Below the pieces are notes generated by a model, which saw only the letters and a list, made by a program, of their open reading frames with translations, did not search any database and had not been told where the DNA came from. A stretch of DNA of 64,000 bases from Octopus vulgaris (Eukaryota), in NCBI GenBank assembly GCA_951406725.2, contig OX597819.1, positions 54,002,001 to 54,066,000 of the forward strand, in the 5' to 3' direction. The translations under genes were made by a program, and so were the position numbers. Of this stretch, positions 63,801 to 64,000 are shown piece by piece; position 1 is the stretch's first letter; each line of letters opens with the position of its first letter.

Positions 63801-64000
63801 CCACAAATATTTAAAAACTGAAACCAAGTCAATATATGAAAAATATTCTAGATATTAAAGAATAATTGCACTGATTAAGTCTTGCATAAGGTTTAATTTA
63901 AATTATCCTTGATAAATTAAATATTCTACAAAATTATTAAGTCAATTTTCAGAGCCTGCAAATTCCATTACAACAGGTTTTAGTGCTAAAGTGTCAACTA

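Noticed and set aside
60852-64000. Further REEP exons
   Set aside because: No WLTYW-type or other TB2/DP1 segment was recognised; treated as intron.

Overview
AT-rich, intron-containing animal genomic DNA dense in retroelements and (TA)n microsatellites. The repeat content (RTE LINEs with (GAT)n tails, two tRNA-derived SINE families, Penelope-like and CR1 elements) looks like octopus/cephalopod DNA; that is my inference. The window runs from the last two exons of EXOC7 (+, 566-5364) to the last two coding exons of a REEP5/6-type gene (-, 59690-60851). Between them lie two divergently oriented genes with TICAM (TRIF/TRAM)-like TIR domains. One is a ~143-aa TIR-only protein (-, 11329-11760). 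The other is a four-exon, phase-consistent 543-aa protein (+, 36016-52464) made of a TIR domain, a RHIM-like motif completed by a 28-nt micro-exon, and a ~340-aa pentapeptide-repeat tail. A largely repeat-free block with CRE and CCAAT motifs at ~25.8-26.6 kb may be their shared promoter. Also notable: a tRNA-headed, hammerhead-ribozyme-bearing element with a target-site duplication just past the TIR-only stop codon, a 460-bp near-perfect palindrome, and several long inverted repeats. All homology calls are by eye and from memory; no searches were run.
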